Shown: positions 46,903 to 56,525, counted from the first letter of the stretch. The stretch is DNA of 64,000 nt from an uncultured Candidatus Saccharibacteria bacterium (GCA_964606285.1 CAZSFP010000003.1:84967-148966), one strand, 5' to 3'. Notes: generated by a model from the sequence alone, not told the origin. A program made the numbers and translations.

Positions 46903-47889
46903 ATGAAAAAAATCCTGTTCCTTGTCATTCTTATTGCACAAAGTGCGTATATGACATTTGCTCAAAATAATCAAAATGAAACATTAACTTTCAAAGAAAT
47001 TGGTACTCATGTCGAAAGTTCTTACCGTAGTGGTTCAACAGTATATTTTATATATCCCGTAACGGAGTATAAAATAAATTGTGGTTCAAAAACACCGACA
47101 GAAATCCAGATTTGTGATGGTATATCAACTGCAGCAAAACATGTTGTTATGGTACATGATACAACATCTTCATCTGTTGAAAATGTTTTCAGTGCGTATC
47201 AAACGGGTCAATTTGTAGAAACAAATACGACAACTTTATGGACGGGGATACCTTTGGCATCAAATCTCGGAATATATTCAGTTCCTGTCTCTAAAATAAC
47301 AGGAATTGTGTATCTGAAAGAAAAAAATACAATAATAAAAAAAGTAAAATACGAAGATGCCAAGTCTTCACAACCGTTCTTCGGAGTTATGTGTAGTATT
47401 GCTTTTTGCATTATGTTTGCGATCTCATTACTTGTAAGAGGTAAGGAAAAAGATTGCGTAGATATGTATCGTTCAGGGGAGGCAACTATAAAATGGATAA
47501 CATTGGCAGCTGGTATTGTAATGCTCTGTATTGCATATGTTGATGCAACAGGAAAATTTTCGTTGTATGAAAATGCTGTTCCTAAACTTGTTGCTGTATC
47601 AGGTATTATACTGTTGATTATCTTTGTTCTTTATTTGAGACTTGAAAAGTCAGAAATTAATTATGAAGAAAAACGTATCAATGTTAAATTTCTGATAAGT
47701 ATTTCTCTGTTTTTTACAATGATTGCATATGGTGGACTTGTAGGGGACGGTATGGTTATGAGGTGGTTTGTATTCTGGATATTTATGCTCATGGGATGTA
47801 TACTTTTATTTCGTAATATTCCAACAGTATATAAATGGTATTGTGAAAAATATCCCAATGCTCGTTTTACCAGATTCATGAAAGTATAA
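46903..47889 (+). CDS. integral membrane protein (signal peptide plus about 6 TM)
   Basis: MKKILFLVILIAQSAYMTFAQ signal; multiple hydrophobic helices in the C-terminal half. Confidence 0.55.
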   Translation: MKKILFLVILIAQSAYMTFAQNNQNETLTFKEIGTHVESSYRSGSTVYFIYPVTEYKINCGSKTPTEIQICDGISTAAKHVVMVHDTTSSSVENVFSAYQTGQFVETNTTTLWTGIPLASNLGIYSVPVSKITGIVYLKEKNTIIKKVKYEDAKSSQPFFGVMCSIAFCIMFAISLLVRGKEKDCVDMYRSGEATIKWITLAAGIVMLCIAYVDATGKFSLYENAVPKLVAVSGIILLIIFVLYLRLEKSEINYEEKRINVKFLISISLFFTMIAYGGLVGDGMVMRWFVFWIFMLMGCILLFRNIPTVYKWYCEKYPNARFTRFMKV

Positions 47890-47906
47890 TTTGTGCAAAA
47901 AGAGTG

Positions 47907-47937
47907 AAAAATCCCGATTCGTTCGGGATTTTTTTGT
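47907..47937 (+). terminator. intrinsic terminator
   Basis: AAAAATCCCGATTCGTTCGGGATTTTTTTG. Confidence 0.55.
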
Positions 47938-47970
47938 TTATAATGATATTAGTTGTATTTTAACATACTA

Positions 47971-47998
47971 TTGACAAAAATATAAATATCTGTAAAAT
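47971..47998 (+). promoter_or_regulatory. sigma70-like promoter
   Basis: TTGACA (47971-47976), 16-nt spacer, TG-T-AAAAT (47991-47998); 27 nt upstream of ATG 48025. Confidence 0.45.
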
Positions 47999-48024
47999 AA
48001 TGAAAAATATTAAAATCACGTTCT

Positions 48025-48750
48025 ATGAAAATTACAAAAATTATTGCATCTATCTCACAGGAAGATATATTAAATGCTGTTAAAGAAATATTGAAAAAAT
48101 CGGGTTATATACCTAAAGAAACTTTTACCATTAAAGACTTGGGACCAATTTTGAAAGGAGATATTTCTCTTGAGGTTATTCAAGAAGATCAAAAAAATCA
48201 ACTTCTTTCTTTAGAAAATGTTATTTTTCCTGAAGAGTTTTTTGTGAGACTTTGTGGTAAATGTCAAAATTTGTCAGTGTTTATAGTAAATATTTCTGAA
48301 GAAAAAATACAGGAATCTGCAAACCGTGTTTTGAAAAACATGAAGAAGGATTCTCAGGAATTATTGATTAAAGCGTTCATTTCAAATAAAAACCTCGACA
48401 AAAAATATCTTTCACTGAAGAAGATTTTTGGAGAATTAGAATATCAAAAAATTTCTGAAACATTATTAAATCTTTATAGTGATTTTGGTCATAAAATGTA
48501 TCTTGATTTAAGAAGTCAGATAAACACACTTCCATTAAAATTTCAAAGAGAAAGAAAAGAAGTTCTTGATATACCTCTTGTTGATCTCGGAATGTCGGTT
48601 AGAAGTTTGAATTGTTTGAAAGCTGCTGATCATGTAAAATTTAAAGATGTAATTTCTGTTCCTTTTGAAATATTAGGAAAATACAGAAATTTTGGTCAAA
48701 AAAGTTTTCAGGAAATTTTGGATTTGAAAGATATGTATAAAATACAATAA
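48025..48750 (+). CDS. protein with C-terminal RNA polymerase alpha-subunit CTD-like (HhH) domain
   Basis: C-terminus LDIPLVDLGMSVRSLNCLKAADHVKFKDVISVPFEILGKYRNFGQKSFQEILDLK matches the alpha-CTD pattern (..SVRSxNCLK....I..DL......L.....FGxKS..EI); N-terminal 170 aa unrelated to RpoA. Confidence 0.55.
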   Translation: MKITKIIASISQEDILNAVKEILKKSGYIPKETFTIKDLGPILKGDISLEVIQEDQKNQLLSLENVIFPEEFFVRLCGKCQNLSVFIVNISEEKIQESANRVLKNMKKDSQELLIKAFISNKNLDKKYLSLKKIFGELEYQKISETLLNLYSDFGHKMYLDLRSQINTLPLKFQRERKEVLDIPLVDLGMSVRSLNCLKAADHVKFKDVISVPFEILGKYRNFGQKSFQEILDLKDMYKIQ

Positions 48751-48761
48751 GACTATTGTTG

Positions 48762-48793
48762 TAAAAATCCCCGCTCTGCGAGGGATTTTTTTG
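48762..48793 (+). terminator. intrinsic terminator
   Basis: AAAAATCCCCGCTCTGCGAGGGATTTTTTTG. Confidence 0.55.
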
Positions 48794-48811
48794 TGGTAAA
48801 ATTGGATCACA

Positions 48812-49660
48812 ATGCAATTCAGTCATTTCGATATTCATTCGCATCTCAACTTGAAGCCGCTCTATGAAGGGCGCGCGGATATTCTCGCGCGCATGAGGGA
48901 AGAGAAGATTGGCACTATTACGGTCGGGGTGGATTATGAGACGTCGAAGCAAGCGATTGATCTTGCACAGGAGAATCCGGATATATTGTGGGCGACAGTT
49001 GGATTACATCCGAACGATAATGTCGATGAGATTTTTGAATATGAAAAATATTTGGAATTGGCGAAACATGAAAAAGTGGTAGCAATAGGAGAAACGGGTC
49101 TTGATTATTTTCGATTAGATAGACAATCCTCCTTCGCTAAAGCTACTGAGGACAAGCAAAAAGAACTTTTCAGGAAACATATTGAACTTGCTCTTGAAGT
49201 TAAAAAACCTCTGATGATTCACGCACGACCAAGTAAGGGAAGTATGGATGCGTATGAAGATGTGATTGAGATATTGGAACAACATGCTTCGATCTCACCC
49301 CAGCCCTCTCCTAATCTAGGAGAGGGGGAAATACAAAGAATTCATGCAAATTTTCATTTCTTTGTCGGTGATACAATCACTGCACAGCGAATTGTAAAAA
49401 ATGGCTGGACCATGTCATTTGATGGTCCTATCACATTTTCCCGTGATTATGATGATGTTATCCGGGCTATTCCGTTTGAAAATATCATGGCCGAGACTGA
49501 CGCACCGTTTGCCGCACCTGAGCCATATAGAGGTAAAACTTGTGAACCGTGGATGGTGTCAGAAATCGTCAAAAAGATCGCAGAAATCAAGGAATTGCCC
49601 CTTGAAACGGTTCAAAAAGCCCTCCTCGGGAATAGCGTTCGGATTTTTGACATACGGTAG
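48812..49660 (+). CDS. tatD: TatD family metal-dependent hydrolase/DNase
   Basis: HSHLN, GETGLDYF, MIHARP, AETDAPF motifs; extra ~17-aa segment encoded by a palindromic insertion at 49304-49326. Confidence 0.85.
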   Translation: MQFSHFDIHSHLNLKPLYEGRADILARMREEKIGTITVGVDYETSKQAIDLAQENPDILWATVGLHPNDNVDEIFEYEKYLELAKHEKVVAIGETGLDYFRLDRQSSFAKATEDKQKELFRKHIELALEVKKPLMIHARPSKGSMDAYEDVIEILEQHASISPQPSPNLGEGEIQRIHANFHFFVGDTITAQRIVKNGWTMSFDGPITFSRDYDDVIRAIPFENIMAETDAPFAAPEPYRGKTCEPWMVSEIVKKIAEIKELPLETVQKALLGNSVRIFDIR

Positions 49661-49745
49661 AATTTCTGATAATCTACACCAGTCTTGTTCGGTGCATTGG
49701 TCATGTACCGCTTAGTCCACAACAAGACATATTTAATTAATATAT

Positions 49746-50234
49746 ATGGAAGAAAACACAATTCGTCGTGTCTATGAATGGGCATACCTCCTTCAGCCGA
49801 CACTCGACGACGAAGCACTCGCACGAACGCTTGCAGAATTTCGGTCAGCAATGACTGAAAAGGGAATGGAAATCATCAATGATGAAGCTCCAAAAGTTAT
49901 CGATCTCGCATACACAATAGAACAGGTGATCGATCACAAGCGTGCAAAATTTACTCAAGCATATTTCGGATGGATCAAATTTGAGGCAGAACCAGCGCAT
50001 GCGATTATGATCGATGCAATGGCAAAAGCACATGGATCTGTTATTCGTTACTTGCTCATCAAGACAGTCCGCGAAAATACGATCGCAAAACGCCAGCCGC
50101 GCCGTGTCCGCAAAGATGCTGATGGCAATGATATTCCAGCAGATCCTGCATTGGCAGCTGAAACACCAGTAGCTCCACAAGCAGAAAAATCACAAGAACA
50201 GGCAGTTAGTGATGCCTTGGTTGATATTGTCTAA
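49746..50234 (+). CDS. rpsF: 30S ribosomal protein S6 (with extended acidic/Ala-Pro C-terminus)
   Basis: S6-like core (YEWAYLLQP...LAYTIEQ...YFGWIKFEAEP...VIRYLLIKT) and rpsF-ssb-rpsR synteny. Confidence 0.75.
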   Translation: MEENTIRRVYEWAYLLQPTLDDEALARTLAEFRSAMTEKGMEIINDEAPKVIDLAYTIEQVIDHKRAKFTQAYFGWIKFEAEPAHAIMIDAMAKAHGSVIRYLLIKTVRENTIAKRQPRRVRKDADGNDIPADPALAAETPVAPQAEKSQEQAVSDALVDIV

Positions 50235-50277
50235 ATTGGTATACTGGAGACAGTATTCCTAATCATCAATAAAACCT

Positions 50278-50742
50278 ATGTATATCAACAAAGCATTCGT
50301 CTACGGTAATCTTACCCGCGACCCTGAACTCAAATCTCTTCCGTCCGGGATGAAAGTTGCAACATTTTCTGTCGCAACAAACCGTGTATGGAAAGACCAG
50401 TCAGGTGCCAAAAAAGAAACTCCTGAATTCCACAATATCGTGGTGTTCGGTCGCCAAGCAGAAACTTGTGCGCAATACTTGAAAAAAGGTTCACCGGTAT
50501 TCGTCGAAGGACGTATGCAGACCCGCAGTTGGGATGCGCCGGACGGATCAAAGAAATACCGTACAGAAGTCGTTGCTGACAGAGTACAGTTCGGTCCAAA
50601 ATCAGGTGGTGGTCAGTCATATGGCGGTCAAAATGAATCACCTGCAGCATCAGCAGCTCCGTCAAAGGGTTCTCCTGAAGAACAGTTGGAAACTATCGAA
50701 TATCCAGAAGAAGATACCTCAATAGATGATATTCCATTTTAG
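50278..50742 (+). CDS. ssb: single-stranded DNA-binding protein
   Basis: OB-fold N-terminus, Gly-rich linker, acidic tail ending DDIPF. Confidence 0.9.
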   Translation: MYINKAFVYGNLTRDPELKSLPSGMKVATFSVATNRVWKDQSGAKKETPEFHNIVVFGRQAETCAQYLKKGSPVFVEGRMQTRSWDAPDGSKKYRTEVVADRVQFGPKSGGGQSYGGQNESPAASAAPSKGSPEEQLETIEYPEEDTSIDDIPF

Positions 50743-50761
50743 AAACATTATTTAACTTACA

Positions 50762-50962
50762 ATGAAACAAGATTATTTCTCATCAAACAACATCAAGCAT
50801 ATCGACTACAAAGATACTGATATCTTGAAAAAGTTTTTGAATCCGAATGCTCGTATCGTTTCTCGAAAACGAACTGGCATGACGTCAAAGAACCAGCGCA
50901 AGTTGGCACTCGCCGTCAAGCGTTCACGATTTATGGGTCTTCTCCCGTTTATCGCGAAATAA
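50762..50962 (+). CDS. rpsR: 30S ribosomal protein S18
   Basis: ...RKRTGMTSKNQRKLALAVKRSRFMGLLPF... ; 66 aa. Confidence 0.9.
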   Translation: MKQDYFSSNNIKHIDYKDTDILKKFLNPNARIVSRKRTGMTSKNQRKLALAVKRSRFMGLLPFIAK

Positions 50963-50967
50963 GTGAA

Positions 50968-51000
50968 TAAAAAATCCCCTCATCGTGAGGGGGTTTTTTG
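50968..51000. terminator. bidirectional intrinsic terminator
   Basis: AAAAAATCCCCTCATCGTGAGGGGGTTTTTTG. Confidence 0.55.
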
Positions 51001-51480
51001 TTTGATACCAATATTTAAAAGAAATCTATGATACGCAATATTTTGCTGTATTTTTTCTTGGAGAGTAAGCCATATATTGTCTGTGTGTTTTTCTGGAATA
51101 GGGTTGATGGTTAAAAAGAAAAACGTATCATATACATATATGTTTCGAGATATGATAGTTGCCACTGTTTCTGCGAATGTCATCAATATCCCTTCATTGT
51201 TGTAATGGGTATAAGGAGGTTCAAATACACATTCTTTTCTGTGAAATATTCGTATTTTTATACCCGACATACGAAAGTGATCTGTCATCCAAAAAATAAA
51301 TTTTTCAACAGTTTCATCGTGTGATGATATAAATAAAATACGATATTCTCTTTGATACAGTATATCTTTTTCTTTTAAGTCCTTTGTAATGTGCTTCTTT
51401 ATTTGATTACCAATACCAGGAAAAGATTCAATTCCTTTTATTTGTAATTCCTCTATCTGTAAGAATTTTGGTTCTTCCAT
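50980..51480 (-). CDS. hypothetical protein (about 167 aa)
   Basis: AT-rich ORF; start placed at the MEEPKFLQIEEL methionine; C-terminus overlaps the terminator stem. Confidence 0.4.
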   Translation of the reverse strand: MEEPKFLQIEELQIKGIESFPGIGNQIKKHITKDLKEKDILYQREYRILFISSHDETVEKFIFWMTDHFRMSGIKIRIFHRKECVFEPPYTHYNNEGILMTFAETVATIISRNIYVYDTFFFLTINPIPEKHTDNIWLTLQEKIQQNIAYHRFLLNIGIKQKTPSR

Positions 51481-51559
51481 AAATATAAAAGATTTTTTTG
51501 TTACTGTACTCCAAAAAAGAACACCCCGCAAGTGCAGGGTGTTTTTGTTGGTGTTTTTC

Positions 51560-51860
51560 TGATTAGTTTATGCTTTGGCATATTCGCATTGCCATGCTCG
51601 GTATTTTCGCGTGTCTATTCTATAGATTAGACTATACACGTTCCTATATATTCGGCGTGGTCGCCTCAGTATGGAAAGGGTCTACTTTCTTCCGCGCCTC
51701 AGTTTGCTAACTTCGGCATCTCACGTGTCTACACGCTAATTAGTCTATGTCTCGTCCTACTGGACTCGACATCTTCGCGCCTCTACAGATTATTCTATAC
51801 TTCGGTCTGCTGACCTCAGTATCTTCGCTCGTCTACACTCGCTCGACATACTCACCACTA
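51560..51860. repeat. cluster of short degenerate direct repeats
   Basis: Recurring CTTCG(G/C)N, CCTCAGT(A/T)T (x3), GTCTACA (x4), CTCGACAT (x2) and CGGTATT (x2) in a 300-nt stretch between efp 3' end and the upstream minus gene. Confidence 0.35.
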
Positions 51861-52417
51861 TCGGTATTCACGAGAATGGTTTCCCCGGCCTCGAGGAAGA
51901 GCGGGACGTTGACGGTTGCGCCGTTAGCAAGGAGTGCTGGCTTGTTGCCACCAGATGCAGTGTTACCACGGATTGCTGGTGATGTTTCTTTGATCAAAAA
52001 TGGCATTTTGATCGGAAGTTTGATACCAATCGTTTTTTCTTCATCGTCATATTCAAAGATAAGGGCAGTTACGATAGTGTCATCACTGAGAAATTTCTTT
52101 GCAGTGCCGATGATTTTTTCATCAATCGTAAAACGATTTTTGAGATCTTCTGGATCTGCGAACCAGTATTCGTTTTTTGCTTTATTGGCATACAAAAATT
52201 TAATTTCGCGTTTTGAAATTTCTGCTTCTTCGGCGGTGTCGGATGCGTGGTAGGTGACATTCCATGTGCGGCCGGAGAGAAGACTGCGGAGTTTGACCTG
52301 GTTTTGCGGTTTGCGTTGCTGGGTTCGCGCGACATGAGCTTCCATAACTTCGCAGGGCTCATCTTCATGAACAATGATGCACCGTTCTCGTATTTCACTG
52401 TAGGCAAGTAATGACAT
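51833..52417 (-). CDS. efp: elongation factor P (atypical beta3-beta4 loop)
   Basis: MSLLAYSEIRERCIIVHEDEPCEVMEAHVARTQQRKPQNQVKLRSLLSGR... aligns with EF-P; C-terminal GGNKPALLANGATVNVPLF conserved; canonical KPGKG loop replaced by ARTQQRKPQNQ. Confidence 0.85.
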   Translation of the reverse strand: MSLLAYSEIRERCIIVHEDEPCEVMEAHVARTQQRKPQNQVKLRSLLSGRTWNVTYHASDTAEEAEISKREIKFLYANKAKNEYWFADPEDLKNRFTIDEKIIGTAKKFLSDDTIVTALIFEYDDEEKTIGIKLPIKMPFLIKETSPAIRGNTASGGNKPALLANGATVNVPLFLEAGETILVNTDSGEYVERV

Positions 52418-52502
52418 AAGGTATTCTCGTGATGGGTATCTGGGTAGACCCCGCAATTATTTTTACTAGGGGAGTATACCAAAAGACTCAGTTTCCGGCA
52501 AT

Positions 52503-52531
52503 TTGACATACGGACACCAAAAGACTATAGT
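52503..52531 (+). promoter_or_regulatory. sigma70-like promoter
   Basis: TTGACA, 17-nt spacer, TATAGT; 18 nt before ATG 52550. Confidence 0.5.
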
Positions 52532-52549
52532 GCAGAAAAATTAAAAATC

Positions 52550-52855
52550 ATGGTAGCAGGAAAAAAATACTCAAATCTAACGTTGGATGATTATAAAAAT
52601 CTAATCAAGAGAATCTTTGATGAACCTCAAAATATCAGTGATCGGTTCGGTATTCAAATGGATCTAAATTCGACAAAACATATTTCAATAGACACCCTCA
52701 AGAAGATAATTGAAAAGACAGACGAGGCGCTTGCGTTTAGTCTACAGAAACAAAAAAAGGGGAAGAAACCAAAGAATTTTCTAAAAGAAAAGGAAAGACC
52801 TCAGTTCATGAATTTTGTACATTTTCTGAAACAATATACAGCCGAAGAAAAATAA
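52550..52855 (+). CDS. hypothetical protein (101 aa)
   Basis: ORF with consensus promoter and terminator. Confidence 0.5.
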   Translation: MVAGKKYSNLTLDDYKNLIKRIFDEPQNISDRFGIQMDLNSTKHISIDTLKKIIEKTDEALAFSLQKQKKGKKPKNFLKEKERPQFMNFVHFLKQYTAEEK

Positions 52856-52861
52856 AATAAA

Positions 52862-52894
52862 AATTACCCGAAAATCTCGGGTAATTTTTTTGTA
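52862..52894. terminator. bidirectional intrinsic terminator
   Basis: AAAATTACCCGAAAATCTCGGGTAATTTTTTTG. Confidence 0.55.
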
Positions 52895-52896
52895 TA

Positions 52897-53955
52897 TTAT
52901 TCAGTTCCTGATTCCATAACGACCTCTTTCATTCTCTTTCTGACATCTTTCATGATTTGATCGCGCAGTTTTGGATTTTCTTTCATAAATGTTCGAGTTG
53001 CGTCATAGCCACGACCAAGCTTTACTTCTTCTCCTTTTTTTCCATCTTTATCTATTGGGGTATAGCTATAGCTTGTGCCACTTTTAGCCATAATACCGAG
53101 TTTTTCACCGAGAGCAATGAGTTCACCTTCGAGAGAAATACCTTCACCATAGATGATGTCAAATTCTGTCTGCTTGAAAGGGGCGGCAACTTTGTTCTTC
53201 ACAACTTTCACTCGCGTTCGAGAACCAACCACCTCTTCACCTTTTTTGATCTGTGCAATGCGCCGGATATCGAGACGGACTGATGTATAGAATTTGAGCG
53301 CTTTTCCACCTGGAGTTGTTTCAGGGTTGCCGAACATAACACCGATCTGCATACGGATCTGGTTGATGAAGATGACAACTGTATTTGATTTTGAGACGAT
53401 GGCAGTGAGTTTGCGGAGTGCTTGGGACATGAGACGAGCTTGTTTACCCATGTGCTGTGCTCCCATATCTCCTTCGATTTCATCTTTTGGAGTGAGTGCT
53501 GCCACTGAGTCGACAACGACGACACCGATCTTGCCAGAACGAACAAGCGTCTCGCAGATCTCAAGTCCTTGTTCTCCGGTATCTGGTTGGGAGATGAGAA
53601 GATTGTCGATGTCAACACCAAGCTTTCGGGCGTATTCGGGATCCATGGCATGTTCTGCATCAATATAGGCACAGACATCACCAAGTTTTTGGGCTTCAGC
53701 AACGATATGAGATGCCAATGTTGTTTTACCAGATGATTCTGGTCCAAAGATTTCGATGATACGGCCCCGGGGAACGCCGCCGATGCCGAGTGCGATATCA
53801 AGACCGATTGAACCTGTCGGGATTGCTCTGATATCAACGCGGGGTGCGTCACCAAATTTCATGATGGCACCATCACCAAATTTTGTTTGGATCGAACGAA
53901 TCGTGTCTGCAATACCTGCACCTGTTTCTTTTTTTTCTTTCTCTTTTTTTGCCAT
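52897..53955 (-). CDS. recA: recombinase RecA
   Basis: GPESSGKTT Walker A, L1/L2 loops, full-length 352 aa. Confidence 0.95.
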   Translation of the reverse strand: MAKKEKEKKETGAGIADTIRSIQTKFGDGAIMKFGDAPRVDIRAIPTGSIGLDIALGIGGVPRGRIIEIFGPESSGKTTLASHIVAEAQKLGDVCAYIDAEHAMDPEYARKLGVDIDNLLISQPDTGEQGLEICETLVRSGKIGVVVVDSVAALTPKDEIEGDMGAQHMGKQARLMSQALRKLTAIVSKSNTVVIFINQIRMQIGVMFGNPETTPGGKALKFYTSVRLDIRRIAQIKKGEEVVGSRTRVKVVKNKVAAPFKQTEFDIIYGEGISLEGELIALGEKLGIMAKSGTSYSYTPIDKDGKKGEEVKLGRGYDATRTFMKENPKLRDQIMKDVRKRMKEVVMESGTE

Positions 53956-53958
53956 ATA

Positions 53959-54345
53959 TTAATTGTTAGTAGTAATGGTTGTTCGTCGTGCCAAACTTTC
54001 TGTTGATTCGTGATAGACACGGTAGACTTTTTCTTTTTGGTTACCAAACTTATCGATAGCTGCGATCGTGATTATGTTGTAGCCATCCGGTAATAATATC
54101 TTTTCAGAAAATGCTCCGGCTTTATTTATAAAAATTTCTCGTCCATTAATCGAAAGGGTTGTGGCACGTGGTGCCGTACCTGTAATATCTAATATTTCTT
54201 CTGTGTAGGTCATACCATCACGGACACCGGAGAGGGAAAGGGAGACACCGGTAAAAAGTTCTCGTGCTTGAAACACGCCATAGACAACTGCTGCCGCAAT
54301 GATCGTCCCGCCTGTTATTTTTTTGATGTAGTCGAGATGTCTCAT
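53959..54345 (-). CDS. hypothetical membrane-anchored protein (128 aa)
   Basis: N-terminal TM (GGTIIAAAVVYGVF); in ftsK-x-recA operon; 4-nt overlap with ftsK. Confidence 0.45.
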   Translation of the reverse strand: MRHLDYIKKITGGTIIAAAVVYGVFQARELFTGVSLSLSGVRDGMTYTEEILDITGTAPRATTLSINGREIFINKAGAFSEKILLPDGYNIITIAAIDKFGNQKEKVYRVYHESTESLARRTTITTNN

Positions 54346-56525
54346 TGGTTTGTTTCGATGCGTTCGCTATCCATACTCTTCTCAAGTATATCACGTGGCT
54401 TTGACCCATTGCCAGCGCCGACAATACCTCGTTCTTCGAGAATGTCGATCAAACGTGCTGCACGAGCATAGCCGATACCGAGTTTTCGTTGGAGGAATGA
54501 TGTAGATGCTTTTTGGTGTTCAATAACGATTGATCGAGCTTCTTCATAGAGGTCATCGTCTTCATCATCACTAACTTGTGATTCAAAGAGTGAGCTGTCT
54601 GCGCTGATCGATCCGCCAAAGTCTATATGATCGGGTAATTGGTCACGGTACGCATCAACGAGATATTTGACCACGGCTTTGACTTCATTTTCACCGATGA
54701 ATGCCCCTTGAAGACGTTTTGGTTGACCGTCACCGTCGGCATAGAGCATGTCACCGGAACCAAGGAGTTTCTCAGCACCGGCGGTATCGAGAATGGTTCG
54801 AGAATCGACTTGCGTTGGGACACGAAAGGCGAGACGGGTCGGGACATTGGCTTTGATGAGACCAGTGATGACGTTGACCTCAGGGCGCTGAGTGGAGAGG
54901 ATGAGGTGAATACCGACAGCACGGGACATCTGTGCGAGTCGAACGATGGCCGCTTCGAGTTCGCGCGGATATGCCTGCATGATGTCAGCCAATTCATCGA
55001 TCATGATGACTATATATGGTAGTGGATCTGGACGAGTTGTCTCATCTTTTCCTTTCCATGTATCAACAATAGTCTTGTGATAGGACTCGATATCACGAAC
55101 GGATTCGGATTGAAGGATGTCATATCGGCGATCCATTTCTTTTGCCGCCCATTTGAGAGCTTGGATACATTTCTTTGCGTCAGTGATGACTGGGGTGAGG
55201 AGGTGCGGAATCTTGTTATAGAGAGTGAGTTCGACACGTTTCGGATCGACGAAAATAAACTTGAGATTCTCAGGGCCGTTTCGATAGAGGAGTGAGGTGA
55301 TGATACCGTGAATACTGACAGATTTACCCGAACCAGTTGTACCGGCAATGAGAGCGTGTGGCATGCGTGCAAGATTTTTCACGTGTGCAACACCAGCAAT
55401 GTCACGGCCAACAGCGACAGCCAGGGCCTTGTCTGCTTTTTGGAATGCTGGGTCAGCGAGAAGTGTGCCCAATCCAACAATGGATTTTGTCTTGTTTGGA
55501 ATTTCGATACCGACGAGTGATTTGCCAGGAATAGGTGCTTCGATACGGATCGGATGGGCAGCAAGTGCCATTGCCATATCATTTTGAAGACCAACAATAC
55601 GGGAGAGCTTTACTCCGACCGCAGGCTTGAGTGCGTAGCGGGTGATGGTCGGACCAACTGTGACTTCATCCATCTCGACTTCAATGCCGAAATTAAGGAG
55701 TGTTCGTTTGATGATATTTGCGTTTGCTTTAATATCACCGACGTTGGCCTTGCCGCGATCGTGTTCGAGAAGTGAGAGTGGTGGTGGAACGTAGGGGATA
55801 GAAGAAAACATGGGACGAGGTTTTGATATTGTTTCAGGAATATCAATTTCTTCTTCGTTTACTGGTGTCGATTCTTCAGTAATTTCTTCTTCTTGAGTCG
55901 GAGGAATTTCTGTTGTTGAAATTTGTTCATCAGATGTTCCGTCTTCATGATCAGAACCTGTGATGAGAACATCCATCTCATCAATTTTTTTCTTTTGAAA
56001 TATGTTCTTTATTTTTTCAAGCAAAGGGATGAGTTTTGGATGTTCATCAAAAACGACAATAAGTGAAACGATCAGGAGAGCACCCAATATCAAGATACTC
56101 GCATAGATATCAAAGAAGGTAAGGAACGGCCACGCAACGCCTTGACCGACAAATCCAGCGGCGTGAGGAATACTGATATGGACGAGACCGAGTGTTGCCA
56201 AGAAAAATAGTACAGCACTGACGATTTGGATCGTAGAAAAAGAAAGACGCGCATGTCGTGCCATGGAGTAACCGAACACCAGTAATCCGACAGGTATCAA
56301 AAAATAACCGATACCAACGAGTGATTGAAAGAGATGAAAAATGGCTGTTCCTGCGATACCGGCTTTGCCCATAGATGACAATAAAAAGAAAAATCCCAAC
56401 ACAAAAAGGACGATGCCAATAACGGACATCTTTGTCTCTTGTTTGAGAGAAAGAAGAGGGGATTCATCTTCTTCTTTCATCTTTCTTTTCTTTTCTTTGG
56501 TATCGTCTTTTTTATCTTTCGCCAT
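54342..56525 (-). CDS. ftsK: DNA translocase FtsK
   Basis: N-terminal 4-5 TM helices, linker, motor domain (GTTGSGKSVSIHGIITSL...), C-terminal gamma/wHTH domain; 727 aa. Confidence 0.9.
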   Translation of the reverse strand: MAKDKKDDTKEKKRKMKEEDESPLLSLKQETKMSVIGIVLFVLGFFFLLSSMGKAGIAGTAIFHLFQSLVGIGYFLIPVGLLVFGYSMARHARLSFSTIQIVSAVLFFLATLGLVHISIPHAAGFVGQGVAWPFLTFFDIYASILILGALLIVSLIVVFDEHPKLIPLLEKIKNIFQKKKIDEMDVLITGSDHEDGTSDEQISTTEIPPTQEEEITEESTPVNEEEIDIPETISKPRPMFSSIPYVPPPLSLLEHDRGKANVGDIKANANIIKRTLLNFGIEVEMDEVTVGPTITRYALKPAVGVKLSRIVGLQNDMAMALAAHPIRIEAPIPGKSLVGIEIPNKTKSIVGLGTLLADPAFQKADKALAVAVGRDIAGVAHVKNLARMPHALIAGTTGSGKSVSIHGIITSLLYRNGPENLKFIFVDPKRVELTLYNKIPHLLTPVITDAKKCIQALKWAAKEMDRRYDILQSESVRDIESYHKTIVDTWKGKDETTRPDPLPYIVIMIDELADIMQAYPRELEAAIVRLAQMSRAVGIHLILSTQRPEVNVITGLIKANVPTRLAFRVPTQVDSRTILDTAGAEKLLGSGDMLYADGDGQPKRLQGAFIGENEVKAVVKYLVDAYRDQLPDHIDFGGSISADSSLFESQVSDDEDDDLYEEARSIVIEHQKASTSFLQRKLGIGYARAARLIDILEERGIVGAGNGSKPRDILEKSMDSERIETNQ

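Noticed and set aside
51747-52253. 168-aa plus ORF
   Set aside because: Antisense to efp and overlapping the repeat block; S/L-rich.
53208-53855. 215-aa minus-frame ORF and 124-aa plus ORF inside recA
   Set aside because: Alternative frames of recA.
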